A DNA stretch of 61,806 bases, the filler included. It is 6 parts of 6 records of this genome, joined end to end, with 100 filler letters (N's around TTAATTAATTAA, not from the genome) between each part and the next. Parts side by side here need not be neighbours in the genome. Positions count along the whole stretch, not along the records: positions 39,095 to 45,298 come from DRR378314_1847; positions 45,399 to 52,548 come from DRR378314_1848; positions 52,649 to 61,806 come from DRR378314_1850; 3 more parts are not named here. One strand, given 5' to 3'. Shown here piece after piece: positions 44,198 to 52,679 of this stretch (position 1 is the stretch's first letter; each line of letters opens with the position of its first letter). Under the pieces are notes generated by a model that saw only the letters and a list, made by a program, of their open reading frames with translations, was not told where the DNA came from and ran no database searches. Both the position numbers and the translations under genes were made by a program.

Positions 44198-45298
44198 GCC
44201 AGCAGAAAGGCAAGGTTCCAGCCAATAGGGAAATTGATGTAACGCCCCAAGGTCCGGTTACCCTAGATGGCGAGGCCCAAGAGGCATTGCCAACGAGTGA
44301 TAAAGGTTATCGAAAACTCGGTTATGCCATTTTGGGCATTGCACTAGGGGGGTTCGTTCTTTGGTCTGTGACGGCTTCGCTGGCCGTCGCCGTTGTTGCG
44401 CCTGGCAACGTTTCCATGGAGTCTTTCAAGCGTTCGGTACAGCATCTTGAAGGTGGTATCGTACGTGAACTGCTTGTCGAAGATGGCGCTAAGGTGGAAG
44501 CTGGGCAGCCGTTGGTGATCTTGAGCGATACCCAGGTGCGTTCACAGCTAGAAATTGCCCAATCGCAATATTTTATCAACCGTGCAATGGAAGTACGTTT
44601 GTTAGCTGAGCAGCAGGGCGCAGAAATGCTTGAGATGCCCGAAGAGCTGATGTCGGTTGATAATGCGAGAATCCAGCAGATCACTGCTGTTCAGCAAAGC
44701 CTCTTTGCTGCTCGTCGTCAATCGTTGCAAGGCACGATGGATGCGATGGATCAGCAAATTATTCAAATGCAAGAGCAAATTGATGGGCTTGAGTCACGTA
44801 TTCATGTTAACAATCAGCGTATTCGTTCGTTACGCTCTGAAGCAGAAGACTTCCGTTCGCTCTACCGCGAAGGGTTGGGCGATAATCAACGCCTACGTGA
44901 ACTTGAGCGACAAGTGCTGCAGTACGAAGGTGATAACGCGGAGTTTCAAGCTAATATTGCTCAGTTGCGCTCAAGAATCAGCGAAAGTCGCCTGAAAAAA
45001 GAGACTACCCTGCAAGAGTTTCAAGCCGAGGTGGGTGAGCTACTGCGAGATGCGCAGACGCAAATAGCTGAGGCAGAGGAGCGCATTACTTCGTTAACAG
45101 ACCAAGTAAACCGGACCGTTATTCACTCGCCTGCTTCCGGCACCGTGGTTGGGCGCAAGATACACACTATTGGCGCAGTCGTTCGCCCTGGTGACACCAT
45201 TATGGAAGTTGTGCCCTCTAACGATGGTTTTGTGGTGGAAGCGCGTATACCTAGTCGCGATATCGACAATCTTTATATAGGCCAACTTGCTGAAATTC
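44194..45298 (+). CDS. HlyD family type I secretion membrane-fusion protein, cut by contig end
   Basis: VQHLEGGIV, long coiled coil, SPASGTV...TIGAVVRPG; ATGA overlap with the ABC gene. Confidence 0.93.
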
Positions 45299-45398
45299 NN
45301 NNNNNNNNNNNNNNNNNNNNNNNNNNNNNNNNNNNNNNNNNNTTAATTAATTAANNNNNNNNNNNNNNNNNNNNNNNNNNNNNNNNNNNNNNNNNNNN
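45299..45398. other. artificial contig linker
   Basis: N-run, TTAATTAATTAA, N-run. Confidence 0.99.
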
Positions 45399-45426
45399 GT
45401 AAGCGGTAAGCGGTAAGCGGTAAGCC
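45399..45426 (+). repeat. heptamer tandem array (GTAAGCG)x3 plus GTAAGCC, cut by contig start
   Basis: Visible directly. Confidence 0.9.
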
Positions 45427-45510
45427 AAAAAGTTTGAGTGTAGCAAGTTACTATGTCAATACTTAAAAAATTCTCGGGCCGCTTAAAACTTATAGCTTAC
45501 CGCCCTGCAG

Positions 45511-46938
45511 CTAGACTTTCATACACACATATTTTTCTTCGAGGTATTCGTCGAGTCCTTGATGGCCGCCTTCTCTCCCTAAGCCTGATTGTTTTACACC
45601 ACCAAAAGGCGCAACGGGGTTTGAGATCAGCCCTTCATTAATACCCACCATGCCGTACTCTAATGCTTCACTCACTCGGTAGACTTGCTTGATATTTTGG
45701 CTATAAAAATAAGCGGCCAGGCCATACGGCACGTCATTGGCAAGTGCGAGTACTTCGGCTTCTTCGTCAAATGCGATAATGCTAACTACTGGGCCAAATA
45801 CTTCTTGGTGGTAAATATCCATTTCAGGGGTAACACCCGTTAAAATAACAGGTGCTTGAAAGTTACCACTTAATTCTTTGACATCATTTATTTGAGTCGC
45901 GCCTTTGTGTTTTGCATCACTCAGCAAGTCTTGAACCTTTTGTTTTGCTTTGGCATATATCAGCGGACCAATATCGCAGTCGTCGGCAAAACCGCTGGCG
46001 ACTTTTAATGAGATTACTTTTTCATTGAGCTTTTTAACCACTTCATCTAACGCATTACGCTGCACAAAAATGCGGTTAGCTGCAACACAAGTTTGCCCAG
46101 CATTTCTAAACTTAGCGCCCATTAGCCCTGTAACGGCTTCATCTAAATCAGCATTATCAAAAATAATAAATGGCGCATTGCCACCGAGTTCCATTGATGT
46201 ACGTTTAATTGTTGAGGCACATTGCGATAGTAACTGCTTACCCACACCGGTTGAACCGGTAAAAGTAAACTTACGAACAACCTCGGATTCTGTTAGCAGT
46301 TCACCGACCATTTTAGCATTCTCAGATACCAGTACATTAAAGGCGCCTTTTTCAAAGCCCGCTTGATCTGCTAAATAAGCCAATGCGAGAGCACAAAGCG
46401 GCGAATGTTCTGATGGCTTTAATACAAAACTACAGCCTGCGGCATAAGCTGGGGCTACTTTGCGAGTCACCATGGCAATAGGGAAATTCCACGGTGTTAT
46501 ACCAGCCACAACGCCAATGGGTTGCTTAAAGCTCGTTAAACGGTGTTGATTGTCGGTCGGTGGGATCACATTGCCATAACTACGTTTTGCTTGTTCAGCA
46601 AACCATTTAATAAAACCGGCACCGTACTCTACTTCACCAAGGGATTCTTTGAGCGGTTTACCCTGCTCTTTTGTCATCAACTCGGCAAGGGTTTGTTTAT
46701 GCTCTATAACTAATTCGGACCAACGCATTAATACTTCACTTCGCGAAGAAGGATTAGCCGATTTTAGTTTAATAAACGCACCGTGAGCTGCGTCAATAGC
46801 CTGTTGTACGCCAGCTAGGTCAATATCACTAACCGAAGCAATCGCTTTATCTGTCGCGGGGTCAGTTACATCAAAGTGAGAATCTGTTGGGTAAAACTCA
46901 CCGTTAATAAATGAATCAGTAAAAATAAGATCACTCAA
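45511..46938 (-). CDS. gabD: NAD(P)-dependent succinate-semialdehyde dehydrogenase family
   Basis: ITPWNFP, FTGST, MELGGNAP, FRNAGQTCVA, PFGGVKQSGLGREG; GGAGG before the TTG start. Confidence 0.85.
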   Translation of the reverse strand: MSDLIFTDSFINGEFYPTDSHFDVTDPATDKAIASVSDIDLAGVQQAIDAAHGAFIKLKSANPSSRSEVLMRWSELVIEHKQTLAELMTKEQGKPLKESLGEVEYGAGFIKWFAEQAKRSYGNVIPPTDNQHRLTSFKQPIGVVAGITPWNFPIAMVTRKVAPAYAAGCSFVLKPSEHSPLCALALAYLADQAGFEKGAFNVLVSENAKMVGELLTESEVVRKFTFTGSTGVGKQLLSQCASTIKRTSMELGGNAPFIIFDNADLDEAVTGLMGAKFRNAGQTCVAANRIFVQRNALDEVVKKLNEKVISLKVASGFADDCDIGPLIYAKAKQKVQDLLSDAKHKGATQINDVKELSGNFQAPVILTGVTPEMDIYHQEVFGPVVSIIAFDEEAEVLALANDVPYGLAAYFYSQNIKQVYRVSEALEYGMVGINEGLISNPVAPFGGVKQSGLGREGGHQGLDEYLEEKYVCMKV

Positions 46939-46965
46939 AACACACCTCCGAAATAGGGTTGAACC

Positions 46966-47022
46966 TGTAGCAACGGATTTGCTCCGCGTTTAATAAAGAC
47001 GCGACGTAAAGTCGCTGCTACA
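46966..47022. repeat. inverted pair of GTAG-type REP-like units
   Basis: GTAGCAACGGATTTGCTCCGCGT and, on the other strand, GTAGCAGCGACTTTACGTCGCGT. Confidence 0.7.
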
Positions 47023-47025
47023 AAC

Positions 47026-47059
47026 AAAAACACCGCGTTCAAAATGAGTGCGGTGTTTT
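47026..47059 (-). terminator. terminator of the isc-hsc-fdx operon
   Basis: Minus strand AAAACACCGCACTC-ATTTT-GAACGCGGTGTTTTT. Confidence 0.75.
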
Positions 47060-47100
47060 CTTTAAAGCTTAAGGCTTACAACTTATAGCTTCGCCTTAAA

Positions 47101-47439
47101 TCAATGCTCTTCATTAACGATATTGAGATTGTATTTTGGTATTTCAACCACAAGGTCTTCATCTTTAATGATTGCTTGGCAGCCAAGACGTGACTCAGGC
47201 TCTAAACCCCACGCTTTATCTAGCATGTCGTCTTCTAAGTCATCGCTTTCATCTAGCGAGTCAAAACCTTCGCGAATAACTAAGTGGCACGTTGTACACG
47301 CACATGATTTTTCACAGGCGTGTGGAATACTGATACCGTTTTTTAAAGCAACGTTAAGTACCGTTTCACCTGTTGGCCCTTCGATTGCTGCGCCGTCAGG
47401 ACATAATTCCGGATGGGGAAGAAAAATAATTTGTGGCAT
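47101..47439 (-). CDS. fdx: ISC system 2Fe-2S ferredoxin
   Basis: HACEKSCACTTCH, ESRLGCQ. Confidence 0.97.
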   Translation of the reverse strand: MPQIIFLPHPELCPDGAAIEGPTGETVLNVALKNGISIPHACEKSCACTTCHLVIREGFDSLDESDDLEDDMLDKAWGLEPESRLGCQAIIKDEDLVVEIPKYNLNIVNEEH

Positions 47440-47449
47440 TCTAACCTCT

Positions 47450-49312
47450 TTAAACGTTGTCTACTGACTGCCCTTGCAGTGCTTTTTTAATCGATGCATC
47501 CATTCTTCTCTCAGCGAATACGCTACTGGCGTTATCCACTTTTTCAATGGCTGCTTTAATATCACTTGGCTCAACGGCTGACTCACGAATAGCAGCGAGC
47601 GCAGCTATTTCAGTTTTTAACATACTAAGCTCTGCTTCATCAAGCAATTGGCTATCTGTAGCTAGTGACGCTTCAAGTGCTTCAATAACACGCAGCGCTT
47701 CAACTTGTTGCTCTTTAAGCATACGTGCTTGCATATCATCTTTGGCGTTTGTCATTGACTCTTTTAGCATATTTGCTACTTGGTCGTCTGATAAACCAAA
47801 AGACGGTTTTACTTGAATATCAGCTTGAACACCTGTTGATTTTTCCATGGCTGACACACTCAGTAAACCATCGGCATCCACTTTAAAGGTGACCCGAATA
47901 TGCGCAGCACCTGCTGCCATTGCTGGTATGCCTTTTAAGCTAAATTTAGCTAATGAGCGACAATCATCAACCAGTTCACGCTCGCCTTGTAGCACATGCA
48001 ATGACATGGCTGTTTGGCCATCTTTGAATGTGGTAAATTCTTGTGCACGTGCAACAGGGATCGTGGTGTTGCGTGGAATGATTTTCTCAACCAAGCCACC
48101 CATGGTCTCAAGACCCAGTGACAAAGGAAGAACATCGAGCAATAACATATCAGAGTCTGGTTTATTACCTACCAATACGTCAGCCTGCAATGCTGCACCT
48201 AAGGCAACAACGCGATCTGGGTCAATCGAAGTTAGTGGCTCTTTGTTAAAAAACTCAGCGACTTGGTTACGTACAATCGGCATACGAGTCGAACCACCAA
48301 CCATAACCACTTGCAGTACTTCGTTATTTTCAATGCCCGCATCTTTAACTGCACGTCGGCACGAACGCAGTGTTTTTTTAACTAACGACATTGCCAGTTC
48401 TTCAAACTTTTCGCGGGTGACTTCGACCATGTGTTTTTCGTCGTCAAATTCAAGGCCTACATTCACTTTTGCGTATTGGCTTAATGCTTCTTTACACGCC
48501 TTGGCTTTATTGATGAATAAACGAAGTACCGAGGGCGATAAATTCATTACGCCGGTTTCACGTTTAAAGTGATCCACTAATAATGAATCAAAATCATCGC
48601 CACCTAGGCTTGAATCACCACCAGTAGCCAGTACCTCAAATACACCTTGGTTCAAACGCAGGATAGAGATATCAAAGGTGCCGCCACCTAAGTCATAAAC
48701 AGCAATAATGCCTTCTTGACCCGAATCTAAACCATAAGCAACAGCTGCTGCTGTTGGTTCGTTTAATAAGCGCAGTACATTGATGCCGGCAAGCTCTGCC
48801 GCATCTTTTGTGCTTTGGCGCTGTGCGTCATCAAAATAAGCAGGCACGGTGATCACGGCACCTAAAATATCTTGCCCTGCAAAGCTTTCTTCTGCACGTT
48901 GTTTAAGTGCTTTTAAAATATCACTTGAAGCGGTGATTGGGCTGATATTACCTGCAGCAGTGTTGATCGCTAAAGCGCCATCATGCTCGCAAAAATCATA
49001 AGGTAATTGGCCGTAGCTTTGTTGTATTTCTGTTTGAGTTTTGCCTAAAAAGCGTTTCACAGAGATAAGCGTATTTGCTGGGTCTTGCGTAGCGGCTTGC
49101 GCTGCGTACTCACCGACTGTCACACTATCAGCTTGATAACGTACTACTGAAGGCAACATAGCAGCCCCAGCCACATCGGTTAATGTGCGTGCTTCACCGC
49201 TTTGTACCGTCGCGACTAATGAGTTGGTTGTACCAAGGTCGATACCTATGGCTAACTTATGTTCATGTGGTGCCGCGCTCTGCCCCGGCTCAGCAATTTG
49301 CAATAATGCCAT
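47450..49312 (-). CDS. hscA: Fe-S assembly chaperone HscA
   Basis: [31 protein letters not shown]. Confidence 0.97.
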   Translation of the reverse strand: MALLQIAEPGQSAAPHEHKLAIGIDLGTTNSLVATVQSGEARTLTDVAGAAMLPSVVRYQADSVTVGEYAAQAATQDPANTLISVKRFLGKTQTEIQQSYGQLPYDFCEHDGALAINTAAGNISPITASSDILKALKQRAEESFAGQDILGAVITVPAYFDDAQRQSTKDAAELAGINVLRLLNEPTAAAVAYGLDSGQEGIIAVYDLGGGTFDISILRLNQGVFEVLATGGDSSLGGDDFDSLLVDHFKRETGVMNLSPSVLRLFINKAKACKEALSQYAKVNVGLEFDDEKHMVEVTREKFEELAMSLVKKTLRSCRRAVKDAGIENNEVLQVVMVGGSTRMPIVRNQVAEFFNKEPLTSIDPDRVVALGAALQADVLVGNKPDSDMLLLDVLPLSLGLETMGGLVEKIIPRNTTIPVARAQEFTTFKDGQTAMSLHVLQGERELVDDCRSLAKFSLKGIPAMAAGAAHIRVTFKVDADGLLSVSAMEKSTGVQADIQVKPSFGLSDDQVANMLKESMTNAKDDMQARMLKEQQVEALRVIEALEASLATDSQLLDEAELSMLKTEIAALAAIRESAVEPSDIKAAIEKVDNASSVFAERRMDASIKKALQGQSVDNV

Positions 49313-49361
49313 AATGCTCTTTTAACTCGCTTTTACTTACTTTAATCAGTAAGTTAAAAAA

Positions 49362-49889
49362 TTAATCGTCGAATAAACTGTCTTCAATACGTTCTAGTTC
49401 ATCACGTAATTTATAAACAAACTTAAGCTTACGAATGTTATCTGCCGCTAGCTGCCATTGCTGTTCATCATCACTTGCCAGCTGTGCTGCAAGTTGTGCA
49501 CTGTATTGACTATCGAGTTGTTTTATTTGCTGCTCAAACTGGTTAATGGCTGCATCTGGATCACTACTTGAGCTTAATTCTTCGAGCTCTTCACGTAGTT
49601 CCATTTGTTGCATTAAGAATAGCGGGTCTTGCAGGGTTTGTTGTTCAGCACGAATATCAACACCAAGCTCACTTAGCATGTATTCGGCACGTTTTACCGG
49701 GTGCTTAAGTGTTTGTAGTGCATCGTTAATTTCAGCAGCATTTTGCACTGCTAATAATTTGTCGCGGCTGCTGCTATTTGCGTGTCGGTCAGGATGAACG
49801 GCACGTTGTAGCTCTAGGTAGTTTTTATTGACTGTGGCCAAATCAATTTGGTAATCAACAGGTATTGCAAACAACTCAAAATAGCGCAT
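49362..49889 (-). CDS. hscB: co-chaperone HscB
   Basis: J-domain HPD, FLMQQMELRE, KLKF. Confidence 0.95.
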   Translation of the reverse strand: MRYFELFAIPVDYQIDLATVNKNYLELQRAVHPDRHANSSSRDKLLAVQNAAEINDALQTLKHPVKRAEYMLSELGVDIRAEQQTLQDPLFLMQQMELREELEELSSSSDPDAAINQFEQQIKQLDSQYSAQLAAQLASDDEQQWQLAADNIRKLKFVYKLRDELERIEDSLFDD

Positions 49890-49919
49890 TATCAAACCAT
49901 ATAAATTTCAGATAGAACA

Positions 49920-49941
49920 AAGCCCTACAGGTGCAGGGCTT
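49920..49941 (-). terminator. internal hairpin between iscA and hscB
   Basis: Minus strand AAGCCCTGCA-CC-TGTAGGGCTT followed by TGTT. Confidence 0.5.
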
Positions 49942-49964
49942 AAGAATACAATTGCAATGAGCGA

Positions 49965-50288
49965 TTAAACTGTGAAGCTTTCGCCACAACCACACTCATC
50001 AGCTTGATTCGGGTTTATAAACTTAAACCCTTCATTCAAACCTTCTTTAGTGTAATCAAGCTCTGTACCATCTATGTATACTAAGCTTTTAGCATCAACG
50101 ATTACTTTTACCCCTTGGGATTCAAATACTTCGTCGCCTTCAGATAAATCGTCTACAAACTCAAGAACATAAGCAAGACCTGAACAGCCCGTCGTTTTAA
50201 TGCCAACGCGCAGGCCTAGGCCTTTACCGCGATTTGCTAAAAATGATTCTACGCGGTTTGCTGCCGCATCTGTCAATGTCACTGCCAT
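49965..50288 (-). CDS. iscA: Fe-S cluster assembly protein IscA
   Basis: TTGCSG, CGCGESF. Confidence 0.97.
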   Translation of the reverse strand: MAVTLTDAAANRVESFLANRGKGLGLRVGIKTTGCSGLAYVLEFVDDLSEGDEVFESQGVKVIVDAKSLVYIDGTELDYTKEGLNEGFKFINPNQADECGCGESFTV

Positions 50289-50297
50289 GGTTATCTC

Positions 50298-50681
50298 TTA
50301 CTTCGCTTGTTTACTTTTGTAATCTGCAATTGCTGCTTGGATAGCGTCTTCTGCTAAAATCGAACAGTGAATTTTCACTGGCGGTAATTCAAGCTCAGCA
50401 CTGATATCAGTGTTTTTAATCGTTGCAGCTTCGTCTAATGTTTTGCCTTTCACCCACTCTGTTACCAGTGATGAAGATGCAATTGCACTACCACAACCAT
50501 ACGTTTTAAATTTAGCATCTTCGATAACACCGGTATCAGATACTTTAATTTGTAGCTTCATCACGTCACCACATGCTGGTGCGCCAACCATACCGGTTGC
50601 TACTGATGGATCGCTTTTGTCTAAAACACCTACGTTACGTGGGTTTTCAACATGATCAATTACTTTATCACTATACGCCAT
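50298..50681 (-). CDS. iscU: Fe-S scaffold IscU
   Basis: GAPACGDVM, GCGSAIASSS, LPPVKIHC. Confidence 0.98.
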   Translation of the reverse strand: MAYSDKVIDHVENPRNVGVLDKSDPSVATGMVGAPACGDVMKLQIKVSDTGVIEDAKFKTYGCGSAIASSSLVTEWVKGKTLDEAATIKNTDISAELELPPVKIHCSILAEDAIQAAIADYKSKQAK

Positions 50682-50721
50682 AATACTATCCTCACTACCT
50701 GCTAGTGGGTGTGCCCATCAA

Positions 50722-51939
50722 TTAATGATGTGCCCACTCAACTGAATCTAAATCAACACCTTCTTGATGCATTTCCCATAAAGGAGACATCTCACGTAAG
50801 CGACCGATAGAGTTTTTCATTAAATTGACGGTATAATCAATCTCTTCTTCGGTGGTAAAACGGCCAATGCTGAAACGAATTGAGCTATGTGCTAGTTCGT
50901 CATTGCGGCCAAGCGCACGTAATACATAAGAAGGCTCTAAGCTTGCTGATGTACAGGCAGAACCTGATGATACAGCAATATCTTTAACAGCCATTAATAA
51001 CGACTCACCTTCAACAAAGTTAAAGCTGATGTTAACAATTCCTGGTACTGATTGGTCTTGTGCACCGTTGAAGTACACTTCATCCATATCAGCCATAATG
51101 CCATCAATTAAACGCTTACGTAGCGCACTGATGTGAGCATGATCTTTTTCAAAATCTTGTTTTGCAATTCTAAATGCAGCACCCATACCAACTAACTGGT
51201 GAGTTGCTAAAGTACCAGAACGCATACCACGTTCATGACCGCCACCGTGCATTTGCGCTTCAAGGCGAGCACGTGGTTTACGACGAACGTACAACGCGCC
51301 AATACCTTTAGGGCCATATACTTTGTGTGCTGAGAACGACATAAAATCAACTTTAAGCTGTTGAATGTCGATTAATACTTTACCTGCGCTTTGCGCTGCA
51401 TCAACATGAAACATGATTTTGCGCTCGCGGCACATTTCACCAATTGTCGCGATATCTTGAATCACACCTAGCTCGTTATTCACGTGCATGATGCTCACTA
51501 ATACGGTGTCTTCACGCATTGTTTGCTCAAGCTTTTTAAGGTCGAGTAAACCGTTTTCTTCAACATCTAAATAAGTTACTTCAAAACCTTGACGCTCAAG
51601 CTCGCGACACGTGTCGATAACCGCTTTGTGCTCAGTTTTAGCGGTAATCACATGCTTACCTTTCTTTTTGTAAAACTGTGCAGCACCTTTAATTGCAAGG
51701 TTGTTTGATTCTGTTGCGCCCGACGTGAAAACGATTTCACGTGGATCTGCATTAATTAGGTCAGCAATATCAGTACGCGCCTGATCGATTGCTTCTTCAG
51801 CTTGCCAACCAAAACGGTGTGAACGTGATGCAGGGTTACCAAAATTGCCATCCATTGTTAGGCATTGCATCATTTCTTTTGCAACACGCTCGTCAACTGG
51901 CGTGGTTGCTGCGTAATCTAAATAAATCGGTAACTTCAT
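50722..51939 (-). CDS. iscS: cysteine desulfurase IscS
   Basis: [29 protein letters not shown] terminus. Confidence 0.98.
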   Translation of the reverse strand: MKLPIYLDYAATTPVDERVAKEMMQCLTMDGNFGNPASRSHRFGWQAEEAIDQARTDIADLINADPREIVFTSGATESNNLAIKGAAQFYKKKGKHVITAKTEHKAVIDTCRELERQGFEVTYLDVEENGLLDLKKLEQTMREDTVLVSIMHVNNELGVIQDIATIGEMCRERKIMFHVDAAQSAGKVLIDIQQLKVDFMSFSAHKVYGPKGIGALYVRRKPRARLEAQMHGGGHERGMRSGTLATHQLVGMGAAFRIAKQDFEKDHAHISALRKRLIDGIMADMDEVYFNGAQDQSVPGIVNISFNFVEGESLLMAVKDIAVSSGSACTSASLEPSYVLRALGRNDELAHSSIRFSIGRFTTEEEIDYTVNLMKNSIGRLREMSPLWEMHQEGVDLDSVEWAHH

Positions 51940-51961
51940 TTCTATCTCCGCTGGCGCCAAC

Positions 51962-52453
51962 TTATAGTTGACAGCTTACTTGAATATTTTCCAATTGCTT
52001 AATTGCATTATTAACGCTGTTATCTTGGCGAGATGCGACTTCTTTAACGTCGGATTTCTCAACCAATTCAGCAAGGGTAATACCATTTAAAAAGTCTTCA
52101 ATCCGCGTGCTTAAGTCTGACCATAATGTGTGGGTCAAACAACGCATGCCACTTTGACATCCGCCTGTTGCGCCGTGACAGCGCGTTGCATCGACTGATT
52201 CATCAACGGCGCTTATCACATCGCCGACTGAAATTGTGCTTGAGTCGCGACCAAGTAAATAACCCCCACCTGGACCACGCACTGAACTTACTAAACCATT
52301 TTTACGTAAACGGGCAAATAATTGTTCAAGGTATGACAAAGAAATCTCTTGTCGTTCTGAAATATCGGCAAGGGGTACGGCACCTACATTTGCATGTAGT
52401 GCAACATCGAGCATAGCTGTAACGGCATATCTGCCTTTTGATGTTAACTTCAT
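51962..52453 (-). CDS. iscR: Fe-S cluster regulator IscR
   Basis: [26 protein letters not shown] ligands. Confidence 0.97.
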   Translation of the reverse strand: MKLTSKGRYAVTAMLDVALHANVGAVPLADISERQEISLSYLEQLFARLRKNGLVSSVRGPGGGYLLGRDSSTISVGDVISAVDESVDATRCHGATGGCQSGMRCLTHTLWSDLSTRIEDFLNGITLAELVEKSDVKEVASRQDNSVNNAIKQLENIQVSCQL

Positions 52454-52485
52454 AGAGCCCCCGCACAAAAGAGTGCAAATTTTAA

Positions 52486-52510
52486 TTACCAGAGTAAAAT
52501 AGTCAAGTAT
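52486..52510 (-). promoter_or_regulatory. IscR type 1 binding site overlapping the -35 of the isc promoter
   Basis: Minus strand ATACTTGACTATTTTACTCTGGTAA resembles the type 1 consensus ATASYYGACTRwwwYAGTCRRSTAT; TTGACT then TAAAAT 16 nt downstream. Confidence 0.75.
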
Positions 52511-52519
52511 TATCTTAGA

Positions 52520-52548
52520 AGCTATCAGCTATCAGCTATCAGCTATCA
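52520..52548 (+). repeat. heptamer tandem array (AGCTATC)x4+, cut by contig end
   Basis: Visible directly. Confidence 0.9.
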
Positions 52549-52648
52549 NNNNNNNNNNNNNNNNNNNNNNNNNNNNNNNNNNNNNNNNNNNNTTAATTAA
52601 TTAANNNNNNNNNNNNNNNNNNNNNNNNNNNNNNNNNNNNNNNNNNNN
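52549..52648. other. artificial contig linker
   Basis: N-run, TTAATTAATTAA, N-run. Confidence 0.99.
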
Positions 52649-52679
52649 GTTGAAATACTTTTTAGACGCCCTCTTTTTT

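Noticed and set aside
45399..45503. Heptamer arrays or the REP pair as a CRISPR array
   Set aside because: No repeat-spacer periodicity of CRISPR size and no cas genes
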